A stretch of 62,327 nucleotides of DNA, counting the filler. It is 20 parts of 20 records of this genome, joined end to end, with 100 filler letters (N's around TTAATTAATTAA, not from the genome) between each part and the next. Parts side by side here need not be neighbours in the genome. Positions count along the whole stretch, not along the records: positions 1 to 2,785 come from SRR36015646_33597; positions 2,886 to 6,088 come from SRR36015646_33770; positions 6,189 to 9,152 come from SRR36015646_34445; 17 more parts are not named here. The stretch is one strand, 5' to 3'. Made by a program: the position numbers and the translations under genes. The notes under the pieces are model-generated. The model made no database searches. It was not told where the DNA came from and saw only the letters and a program-made list of their open reading frames with translations. Of the stretch, positions 1 to 9,252 are shown piece after piece. Within the stretch, counting starts at the first letter, position 1. The number at the start of each line of letters is the position of its first letter.

Positions 1-63
1 ACAACAGCCATCAAAACTGTCAAATCACCAGTCAAAAACAGAGAAAATAATTCCAAGAAACAA

Positions 64-810
64 ATGGACTTATTGACTCAAGACGAGTTCCAACCTAGAA
101 CCTCAGTTTCAAACATTGAAACATCAGTAACATCAAAAACGCTATTTCGAACTCAGAACAATGTTGCACTTCCAAGAACTGAAATTATCCACCTGGATAA
201 CTCTCCTAACCTAGATTCGGAAACTACCAATCCTAAACAGTTGTTTATTGCCTCAAAAACTTCGGCAGTGAACAAAACTGGCACAAAACGCAAAATTCTG
301 GCAGCTAAAAGAGTTGACAACAATTCTAACATAAACCATCGGTTTCAATCTGAACCAATGACCAAAACTCAAAAACAGGCTTACCCTATATGCCTGGATA
401 AACACAGTGTTACTCAAATGGGTATACTGCTAAACAGAGCAGACTTCCTTGATCAATCAATAGTCAAAATTTCAAAAGCCATGCGTGATGGCAGTTTATT
501 TATAGCTCCAGAACTAAAATATATTCCGGAAAAATCGGAATTTTTCATAGAATATTTCAAATTCATTTCTCTGCAACATAACAATAATCTTGACCATATA
601 TTATCTAAACTTATTGCTGAGAAACAGGAGGCTCTGACAATGGCGGAAGCCATTAATATTTCTACGAGAGAACTATCCGATCACGAAAACTATTTGCCAT
701 GCGCCAAATTAATTGCTGAAAAAATTTCCAAAAGAAACAGACTTTGGATTTCTCCTAAAAAAACTCTAGAAACTTTTTTACGCGAGAGATCGAGATCCAG
801 AAGCCCATAA
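64..810 (+). CDS. PLE upstream ORF1, unknown function (frame open from base 1, so may be 5'-truncated)
   Basis: 248-aa ORF with a low-complexity basic N-half and a helical-looking C-half. It overlaps the RT frame, which opens at 759. Confidence 0.6.
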   Translation: MDLLTQDEFQPRTSVSNIETSVTSKTLFRTQNNVALPRTEIIHLDNSPNLDSETTNPKQLFIASKTSAVNKTGTKRKILAAKRVDNNSNINHRFQSEPMTKTQKQAYPICLDKHSVTQMGILLNRADFLDQSIVKISKAMRDGSLFIAPELKYIPEKSEFFIEYFKFISLQHNNNLDHILSKLIAEKQEALTMAEAINISTRELSDHENYLPCAKLIAEKISKRNRLWISPKKTLETFLRERSRSRSP

Positions 811-872
811 AAAACTTTGCACACAAAAATCTCTCTCTTTCAAAAACTGAAAAGATCATTAACACTAAAACT

Positions 873-2723
873 GTGTATGATCTCACTAAAACACTCTCCC
901 AAAAGGAGATTGTCTTTTTGGATAGGGGATTAAAATTTATCCCTACACCATTAAAACCCGATGAAAATTTCAATGAAGACATTAATAAATATGAAGACAG
1001 AATTCTAGTCAAAGCTTATTTTGCACAAAAACGTGACAAACAACCACGACAGGGGATATCACGATTCAGAGTTAATTCAGGATGGGTGCCGGAAAAGTGG
1101 CAAATAAAAGATCCATCAATTTTCTTGTATCTCGCCGAACAATATGGTCTTCTGAGAAAATTAAAATTAGACCATTGGGTACCAGATAACCTGTCCAAAA
1201 AAGAGAGACAAACCCTTCGAATATTAAGAAATCGTAAAGATTTGGTTTTTCGACCTGCTGATAAGGGCAGTTCAATTGTTGTCCTTAGTGCCATTGATTA
1301 TGAAAAAGCCGTCAAAATTCAACTAGATAATCCATTTTACTATAAGAAAACCACCATACCAACACTTGCGATAGTATCCAAATTACTAATAAATTTAACC
1401 ATTCAATTATACAAAAAATATTGGATTAATGAAGATAATTGGAAATTTCTTCTTCAAAATCAAAACAACCCTCGTGCCCGCTTATTTCATTGTCTACCTA
1501 AAATACATAAAGAGAGAGATAAATGGACTGTGCTATCAGCAAAACCAGATCATATCATCCCCCCTTTAAGGCCTATCGTCTCAGATGTGGGCAGCTTCAC
1601 ACATCCATATGCACAATGGCTTGACCATTTTCTTGAACCCCTAATGGATTTAATTCCATCATTTCTCAAGGACTCTTATGATGCACAACAGAAAATTGTA
1701 GCTCAAGAAATTAACGAAAATACGTTTATTGTCACCATGGACATCGCTAGTCTCTACACGAACATTCCAGTCAAACTTGCACTAAAAAGGGTCAGACTGA
1801 TGTTACTTCAACACAAATCAAAATTTCCGAAAAAACATATCGACATCATCATGAAGATGTTCGAAATCATATTAATAAACAATGACTTTGAATTCGATGG
1901 TAAACTCTATTTACAGGTCCATGGTATCTCCATGGGCTTCTGTCCGGCACCACATATTGCCAACATTTATTTGTACTTTTGGGAAACCTTATTTTTCATG
2001 AGTTATGACGGTAAAAAACCAACTTTTTATGTGAGATACATAGATGACATTTTCTTTCTCTTCGATGGCACTAGGACAGAACTAGATAACTTTATTTCTG
2101 CTTTCAATAAATTCGATGAGCACATAGTCCTTGAAGAAAACATCAGTACTATTTCCCAAAATTTTCTGGACTTACATGTTTTTAAGGATTTTGATGGAGA
2201 GCCCAAAAATCATTTGGACACTCGCATATATTTCAAACCCACTGATACCCATTCTTTACTCCACAGAACTTCCGCCCATCCTACCCACACCTTTGAAGGT
2301 ATAGTGAGATCTCAGATTATTCGTTTCAAACAACTCAGCACTCGCAATATAGACTTCCAAAACACGTGCAAGCATTTCTTCTATCATTTAACAATTCGAA
2401 GAGGCTACTCTGCCAAAATTTTCAACAAAATCAAGAAAAATATTGAAGAAAACTATGATCCTGAAACTGTCAAAAAACAAAAAACAGTATTAAAAAAGGA
2501 AAAACGCCGCATTCCTTATGTCACCACTCACAATCTAAAAACGGATCAAAAATACAAGGATAAAATTCTTGACACTCATACCAAGTGGCTTTCAATATGT
2601 GAACCTTTGTACAAAATTGCTCCAAAACCACCACAAATTGCTTTGCGTCGCAACAAAAGCTTAGGAGATCTCTTGACTCATACCAAATTTAACTCTTCGG
2701 ACATCACTGATGTCACCCAATAA
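873..2723 (+). CDS. Penelope-like reverse transcriptase (frame open from 759; 873 is GTG)
   Basis: LDRGLKFIPTP, RPADKGSSIVV, LPKIHK, PLRPIVS, MDIASLYTNIP, GISMG..AP..ANIY, RYIDDIF, FLDL, YFKPTDTH...S.HP, RGYS, RRNKSLGDLL. Confidence 0.93.
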   Translation: MYDLTKTLSQKEIVFLDRGLKFIPTPLKPDENFNEDINKYEDRILVKAYFAQKRDKQPRQGISRFRVNSGWVPEKWQIKDPSIFLYLAEQYGLLRKLKLDHWVPDNLSKKERQTLRILRNRKDLVFRPADKGSSIVVLSAIDYEKAVKIQLDNPFYYKKTTIPTLAIVSKLLINLTIQLYKKYWINEDNWKFLLQNQNNPRARLFHCLPKIHKERDKWTVLSAKPDHIIPPLRPIVSDVGSFTHPYAQWLDHFLEPLMDLIPSFLKDSYDAQQKIVAQEINENTFIVTMDIASLYTNIPVKLALKRVRLMLLQHKSKFPKKHIDIIMKMFEIILINNDFEFDGKLYLQVHGISMGFCPAPHIANIYLYFWETLFFMSYDGKKPTFYVRYIDDIFFLFDGTRTELDNFISAFNKFDEHIVLEENISTISQNFLDLHVFKDFDGEPKNHLDTRIYFKPTDTHSLLHRTSAHPTHTFEGIVRSQIIRFKQLSTRNIDFQNTCKHFFYHLTIRRGYSAKIFNKIKKNIEENYDPETVKKQKTVLKKEKRRIPYVTTHNLKTDQKYKDKILDTHTKWLSICEPLYKIAPKPPQIALRRNKSLGDLLTHTKFNSSDITDVTQ

Positions 2724-2785
2724 TTGAGCTCGCTATACCCTCAGGTGTATTTTTTCAAAATATATTCTCAAAATATATTTTCTCA

Positions 2786-2885
2786 NNNNNNNNNNNNNNN
2801 NNNNNNNNNNNNNNNNNNNNNNNNNNNNNTTAATTAATTAANNNNNNNNNNNNNNNNNNNNNNNNNNNNNNNNNNNNNNNNNNNN
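2786..2885. other. Artificial contig spacer (44N-TTAATTAATTAA-44N), first of 19. Others start at 6089, 9153, 11284, 13726, 16751, 19141, 23017, 26309, 29691, 32707, 35970, 38586, 41622, 43859, 46094, 48568, 57039, 59750
   Basis: Identical 100-nt linker with six-frame stops. The flanking ORFs are unrelated and are cut at the linker. Confidence 0.99.
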
Positions 2886-3596
2886 CAAGAGAACCGCTCC
2901 GTGAGAGTCTTCCTCCATGAGCTCAGGGAAGAGGCCAGATTCAGCCGAGTCGCCTGGTCAGAGGACCGGCTCAAAGAAGCTTTCCTAAATGGACTCAATA
3001 CTCACTTGAAGGTACATGTGATGAGTCAGGACATTGCAGATAAGAGTTTGATGGAGCTGGAACTCATGGCTTATCGACGCGAAAAGGCGCAAGAAACTAC
3101 ACGAGGACAGGATCGCGCAGCGGCAAATACGAACAATGGCTCAAACATCCGACGAACCTTTAACGCACGACAGGTACAAACAATAAGTCAACATGGAGAA
3201 ACCGAACCGAAAGCAGAGCCACGACGAACAAACACACTGCAGGAATGGCCCTCGCAAGGGGAGAGAAGAACACCAAACCATGTCATAGACTCGAGACCAC
3301 GCCCAACTAATGTGCCCCGCCAAAATAACCAGAACAGGCCGGAAGCACGAAACGGGGACAGAATGGTCCCCATAAGGACGGTCTATCCGCCGTGCCCCAA
3401 ATGCCAACGAACAAATCACCAGGAGTCAGATTGCTGGTCTGTTAAGTATTGTGATCACTGTCAGGTTTATGGGCATCCTACTGATAAGTGTTACACAAAA
3501 CGCCGGAGCCAGAACCCGGGATATAGGCCGCCCAATAACGGGAGTGAGAGGGCCTACATGCTCCGGGTGACACACGGAAGAGGAAGAGCTGAATGA
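2886..3596 (+). CDS. gag: Gypsy Gag C-terminal part (capsid end + two CCHC knuckles), 5'-truncated
   Basis: FLNGL motif; CPKCQRTNHQESDC and CDHCQVYGHPTDKC. Confidence 0.85.
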   Translation, partial: QENRSVRVFLHELREEARFSRVAWSEDRLKEAFLNGLNTHLKVHVMSQDIADKSLMELELMAYRREKAQETTRGQDRAAANTNNGSNIRRTFNARQVQTISQHGETEPKAEPRRTNTLQEWPSQGERRTPNHVIDSRPRPTNVPRQNNQNRPEARNGDRMVPIRTVYPPCPKCQRTNHQESDCWSVKYCDHCQVYGHPTDKCYTKRRSQNPGYRPPNNGSERAYMLRVTHGRGRAE

Positions 3597-3668
3597 CTAG
3601 ACCAAGGTGGACGGGATATTTTAGTCCTATCCGCCGCTCTTGCCGAAATTGATCGGGAGCTACCCGCG

Positions 3669-6088
3669 GTGATAAGAATTGAAAAGTCTCAATCCTGTTG
3701 TAAAATCCCTAAATTCAACGTTCAAATAGGGGTCATGATCGCTCTCGGTAACTGCGAAGTCTACGCGCAGTTAGACACAGGAGCAAGCGTCTCACTATTA
3801 GCATACAATTTGGCTCGCCAGGTTATTCCAGATTTTGCGCATTACCTCTCCCCACTACCGGAAGACTGGAGAGTCTTGGCGGTCACTGGAGATGAACTGC
3901 GATGCAGGGGAATGATAAAAATCTGCATCAAATGGTTTGACAGACGAACCGTCTGCTCCCTATTCATCGTTGATAACCCGGCTCATGAGGAAATGTTTCT
4001 ACTAGGTCTAGACACCTGTCTGAAAATTGGCGCGGTTGTGGATCTGAAGACGTTGACCCTACGCGATGAGGACCAACGGGGGACACTAGGAGGTACGTGT
4101 CTACATTACGGCGCACACGAGCGGATGACCGTTATGACAGTGACCGCAACTCATAACCAGGAACACGTACTCACAACTACAGGAACTATGGAAGAAAACG
4201 GGGACGACAAGACCCTGGAAGTGGCGACATGGGTGGGGAACCCTGTGTGCCTACAGACAATTCCAGAGGAGTCACACGAGGACATGGGGAACACGGCAAC
4301 GCTATCATTGGGACACACGGTGATCCCAGGAGAATCGCCGGATGGTGTGCGGGAAGATCATGGGCGAGCCGTGCCGTTCCCGGGCGACCCGGGTACAGAT
4401 CGAGCGGTGACTCCATCACATACTCACGAGCTGGACGCCCATGACGAAATATGGGTAGGACCACTGGAACAAACCATCAACCAGGGTTCGACCGAGGAAG
4501 AACCCACGTTCAACAACAGTCTATGGACTCCAGACATAGGCAACGACGGGACCCCAAACTGTCAACGGGAGGATAGTACGTCCTTGGATGATGCACCATA
4601 TAACCCCCTACGGCCAGGAAAGACCGACGCGTATGGGTTGCAGCAGACAAATAAAAAACAAACTGCGGCTGTAATGGACGAGAATCGATTCATCGGTGAG
4701 CACAACCTCGTTGAACCCGCCAAAGAACAACGAGTAAAGAAACATACTTCAGCGAAACGCAACAGGCCTACGATGGGCGTGACCTCTGAGGAATGGGACC
4801 ACCCCCAATTACATGTCCTAAAGTTGGAGTCACCCACCCAAGGACACCAGAGTGCAGAAGATTCACATCCCATGGGGCCCTATAACAGAACCGTGACCGA
4901 AATTCCTAGACCGGACACGAAAATGGGGCCGTCGGAATCACGTAGGCCTAAACCAGACACGGGTCCAGGAACAATGACTACGATGACAGGAATATCAACG
5001 ATAGGCCCTGAACCAGACACCACAACGACGCAATGCGAGATGGCGGACGGAAGGGGCAAGCCGATGTCAGAACCAGGGGAGCTCCCATGGGAGATCCTCG
5101 AGCCACCCCCGTATGTCCCGACCGGAATACTGAGTAATGACACCTACCGCTCGTTTCAAGAATTGACCACGGAAGACAAGGACAAGCTGGAACAGTTGGC
5201 CATTGAACAAGAGATTGAAATAAATCACGCAAAACTCACCCCAGAAGAGAAACGGGAATGTAAATGCTTCGTCATGTACAACAGGGATTTATATGCAGAT
5301 AGTTATTACGATCTCCCACCGATAGCAAATGTACTGAATAGCACTGTCCTAGACACGGGTGGGGCTCCCCCAGTGAAGTTAAGAAACTACCGCATTGACC
5401 AGAGTATGCTACCACTGATTCATGAACAGTATCGTGCAATGCTTGGAGCAGGGATAGTGGAATACGCTACATCCAGCGACTATAACTCGCCCATACTGCC
5501 AATCTACAAGAAGGACAAGAAATCCATAAGGGTCTGTATCGACTTTCGAGCATTAAACAAACAGCTCCGGACAATCGAATTTCCCAGCGCTTCCGCCGAA
5601 GATATAATAGCATTTGTAGGGGCGAATGGAGGTACGTTCTTCACGACGGTGGACTTATATGCTGGCTTTATGCAGCTAGTCTTACCACCCTCTGTACGCA
5701 GCAAAACGGCACATACGGTGCCGAATCTCGGGCGTTTCCAATACACCCGTATGCCCTTCGGAATTTGTAACGCGCCAGCGTATTTTATAGCCTCGTTGAA
5801 TCATATCCTGTCACCGCTAAAAGCAACCGAGACATGCTTTTATGTCGACGACGTTATGAATGTGTCCAAAACCTTAGAGCAGCATTTCGAAACAACGGGA
5901 GCGCTGTTCGATCGTTTCCGCCAGTTCAATCTCAGGATAAAACTCGCAAAATGCGCATTCTTTTCTGATACGGTAGATTTCCTCGGGATACGTTTCTCGC
6001 AGGACTCCTACCGGCCAATACCCAGACATATCGACAGTCTGCTGAACATACCAGACCCGCAAAATGTGAAACAGCTGCAGCGATTCCT
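3669..6088 (+). CDS. pol: Gypsy Pol (aspartic protease, long spacer, RT), 3'-truncated; frame open directly from the gag stop (3597)
   Basis: LDTGASVSLL, LLGLD, YNSPILPIYKKD, RVCIDFRALN, DLYAGFMQL, RMPFGICNAP, YVDD, KCAFF..VDFLG. Confidence 0.92.
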
Positions 6089-6300
6089 NNNNNNNNNNNN
6101 NNNNNNNNNNNNNNNNNNNNNNNNNNNNNNNNTTAATTAATTAANNNNNNNNNNNNNNNNNNNNNNNNNNNNNNNNNNNNNNNNNNNNTTTTTTTTTCAA
6201 TTTTTGTTTCCCAGGCTGCGGGACGAGGACCCGACTCACATGCAGCCCACCACCGCACATGCCCCCAACCAGCCACCCAAATAGCATGTACTTTGGATAT

Positions 6301-8901
6301 CTACAGTACAACTGTGCCAAACAGGTTTTTTCGTGTTTCAGAGCGGGTAACAAATGTTTTCATTACCGTCTTAACGTCTATTTTGTCTAGCCTTTCACGC
6401 TGAACATGGCTGACTGCCACATAATTAAGTTTTTTCTGAGTTAGTCTGTTTCTTAGCCACGTTTTCAGGCGTCTCAGGGCCGAAAAACTTCGCTCGCATT
6501 CACAGGTTGCAACTGGGCACACCAACAGTAAACGCATCAAAGTAAAGACTTGTGGAAACAGCCTCCTGACATCTTTGCTCATGTCCCTGTAGGCCAGTTT
6601 TGCCGAATACAACGAGTCACATTTAGTGGTACCACGGAACATATCCAATTGGATTTTCAGTGCACTTTTGTCCATCTCAGGGTATTTCTCAATATTACTT
6701 GTAATGTTACCAGTCAGAAGAATTTCTTCCAGTTGCTGGTACTCCTTCAGTCCAGTTGAGTTCTGAAACCTTTCACTGAGGTTTGACGATAATCCATCTA
6801 TTAATTCTATGTAGGACTTCCTGTAGTGTTCTTGTACAGAACTGGGAAAGTAGGCTTTGCCATCACCTGTCAATCTCCCAGGTGTGCGGCGTTTGCGTTT
6901 TAGGACAAGAGGGTCCAAGTCTAATTCCTGGATACGGGTAGTGGCATGTTCATAAATGGTGTTAAAGGAGTATTCTTTCCTGTATTTCTCTAACTCCGCT
7001 GTGACAAGAGTTACAGCTGTTAGCATTCCTGCAACTGATGCAGACTTCGCCTGCAGACTGCTATTCAACTGTTCGATAAGTGCAATAGGCTTTATTGCCA
7101 TCATTAAGCAAAGGAGTGTTTCTCCTTTTTCTAGAACGCGGAGTAGTCCTGCAGCTTTAGCACTAGTTTCTGGATTCGCTGTTACAGAGAATTCTTCTAG
7201 GCTCTTCAATATTACATCGTAGTTTTTCAGGAGACACTGAATCGCTGGTAGCCTACAGAGCCATCGAGTAGGGCATATAGGTCTAATTGTTGATGGATTG
7301 GGTCTGTCCATTGTCTGGCTCATGTTCTTAAAAATCTCCTTGTACTTTCCAGATCTCGAAAATAGCACGCCTACTTCATTCACCCATTGAATCGCATTAC
7401 GAATGAGTGTGGAATTATCCACCCCATGTTCTACTACCAAATTAGTAATGTGTGCACCACAGTGGAAAAATAGAGCTAATGGTTGCTGCTCAGCGATCTT
7501 AGCTTGGCAACCATTGTATTTCCCTGACATGTTGGCCGCTCCGTCGTATGTTTGTGCACGTAAAGACGTAATCGGCAATGATAGGCGTGTTAGCGCATCA
7601 CGTATCATACTTGCAAGAATCTCTCCTGTGGAACCTGGTACTTGGTAGAGTCCTAAAAAATCTTCATGTATCATCAGCTCATTATCTACATGACGGATGC
7701 AGATAGACTCCTGCTCATCATGAGATATATCCTGGGTTCCATCTATCATTATGGCAAATAATTCATCTGATTTAATGTCTTTAATGATATCTCTTAATGC
7801 AGTGTGACAGAAAATTTCCATAATTTCTTCCTGGGCTTGTGGCGATGTGTAATTGGTAGCCCTACTTAAGTAAGGCCCCATATCAGGAATGAACTCCTGG
7901 AACAATCTTAGCAATTGCACAAAATTTCCTTCCGTGTCAACGTGTCCACGGAAAGCCAGTCCTTGCCGCAATAGGTACCTCGTTGAGCTAACCACCTTGT
8001 GCAAACATTCTTGTGCAGTTTTTTGTTGCTGTGCTGCCACCTTTGATAGTTGAGTGGTTACGGAAACCTTATTCAGGAACGAATCCAACTTATATGTTGA
8101 CAATCGATGGACCTCACTCACTTCATGTTGTCTGAAATATTCCGGCCCCTTCTTCCAGTTAGAAAATCCATCTGTAATGAATGCCTTTTCATGTACTTTC
8201 GCTACTCTGTCCATCAACTGAAGCTGGTGCGCCTTCGCACACGTAAAGCACACAACTCCTTGTAACTCAGGAACGAAATGAACCCATTGAAAAGTTTGAA
8301 ACCACTTCTGTTGAAAGTTGATATTCTGTGTCTTGGTACGTTTTGGCTGAATAACCGAGACCTGTGGTTGATTTGGGCCAGCAAGTTCTTTAATACAAGG
8401 CATATCTTTCTTTACTACTGTTTCTCTTGTCTCTTGCGCCTCTTTGGGCAATATTTCAGTGGATGCATTAGCATTTTCTGATAGTTGTTTTACGTTGTCA
8501 TTGTCAACAGACACTGTAGTTGTTGTTGTGGACATGGAAGGTTTAGCTGTTGCTACGTTGTCATTGTCAACAGATGGGTGTACTGCATCTGTTGACGTGG
8601 CAGGTTTAGACACTGCAATTATTGTTGACGTGGAATGTTTAGCCGTTGTTGCAATTGCAAAGTTGTCATTGTCAACAGATAGGCCTACTGCTGTTGTTGA
8701 CGTGGAAGGTTTAGACACTGCAGTCACTGTTGACAGGGAAGGTTTAGCTGTTGTTATGTTGTCATTGTCAACAGATAGGCCTACGTCAGTTGTTGCCGTA
8801 GAAGGTTTAGCTGTACAAAATCTCCCACTGCCCCGAACAGGCTTAAAAAAACTGGTAATATTCGTTACTTTAGCTCGTTTACGTTCCGACATTATCGGCA
8901 T
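6301..8901 (-). CDS. hAT-superfamily transposase (ZMYM1/DUF4371-like: TTF-type Zn finger, DDE core, hAT dimerisation domain), apparently full length
   Basis: WFQTFQW..CFTC..GFSNWKK..HEVS.H; RQGLAFRGH; IDGTQD; YDGAANMSG; HCGAH; TRW; CERSFSALRRLKTWLR. Confidence 0.92.
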   Translation of the reverse strand: MPIMSERKRAKVTNITSFFKPVRGSGRFCTAKPSTATTDVGLSVDNDNITTAKPSLSTVTAVSKPSTSTTAVGLSVDNDNFAIATTAKHSTSTIIAVSKPATSTDAVHPSVDNDNVATAKPSMSTTTTTVSVDNDNVKQLSENANASTEILPKEAQETRETVVKKDMPCIKELAGPNQPQVSVIQPKRTKTQNINFQQKWFQTFQWVHFVPELQGVVCFTCAKAHQLQLMDRVAKVHEKAFITDGFSNWKKGPEYFRQHEVSEVHRLSTYKLDSFLNKVSVTTQLSKVAAQQQKTAQECLHKVVSSTRYLLRQGLAFRGHVDTEGNFVQLLRLFQEFIPDMGPYLSRATNYTSPQAQEEIMEIFCHTALRDIIKDIKSDELFAIMIDGTQDISHDEQESICIRHVDNELMIHEDFLGLYQVPGSTGEILASMIRDALTRLSLPITSLRAQTYDGAANMSGKYNGCQAKIAEQQPLALFFHCGAHITNLVVEHGVDNSTLIRNAIQWVNEVGVLFSRSGKYKEIFKNMSQTMDRPNPSTIRPICPTRWLCRLPAIQCLLKNYDVILKSLEEFSVTANPETSAKAAGLLRVLEKGETLLCLMMAIKPIALIEQLNSSLQAKSASVAGMLTAVTLVTAELEKYRKEYSFNTIYEHATTRIQELDLDPLVLKRKRRTPGRLTGDGKAYFPSSVQEHYRKSYIELIDGLSSNLSERFQNSTGLKEYQQLEEILLTGNITSNIEKYPEMDKSALKIQLDMFRGTTKCDSLYSAKLAYRDMSKDVRRLFPQVFTLMRLLLVCPVATCECERSFSALRRLKTWLRNRLTQKKLNYVAVSHVQRERLDKIDVKTVMKTFVTRSETRKNLFGTVVL
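8490..8820 (-). repeat. Degenerate in-frame tandem repeat (four SVDNDN / AKPS-T-rich units) in the transposase N-terminus
   Basis: GTCATTGTCAACAGA recurs four times (about 8497, 8560, 8665, 8761). Confidence 0.8.
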
Positions 8902-9252
8902 GTACTAGCAGCTATATAGACTTTTCAATAATAAAATCGCACTGAGGGGCCTATTGCTGTACAATATTCTAATCATACATAAAGCAAGTATACGTGTAAC
9001 CTACTGAAATGTCTGACAGAATGTGCTCGGCGGAGACGGCGCGCGCCGAGTCGTCTGCTGCTTTGAAAAACCCGGTGAACATCACCCGTCCGATCAGCCA
9101 ATCACGCTTAATCAGCTCCGGGTGAAAATAGGTCACTACCATAAATGGAATANNNNNNNNNNNNNNNNNNNNNNNNNNNNNNNNNNNNNNNNNNNNTTAA
9201 TTAATTAANNNNNNNNNNNNNNNNNNNNNNNNNNNNNNNNNNNNNNNNNNNN

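Larger units (their letters stand above)
1..2785 (+). mobile_element. Penelope-like retroelement fragment (ORF1 + RT, no C-terminal GIY-YIG visible)
   Basis: PLE-type RT preceded by an overlapping ORF in the adjacent frame. Confidence 0.85.
2886..6088 (+). mobile_element. Ty3/Gypsy LTR retrotransposon internal fragment (gag 3' part, PR, RT)
   Basis: CCHC gag followed in the same frame by LDTGA protease and Gypsy-type RT. Confidence 0.92.

Noticed and set aside
6189-6300. hAT terminal inverted repeat (CAGGCTGCGG at about 6212)
   Set aside because: No matching inverted copy at the other end of the fragment and no target-site duplication to test.
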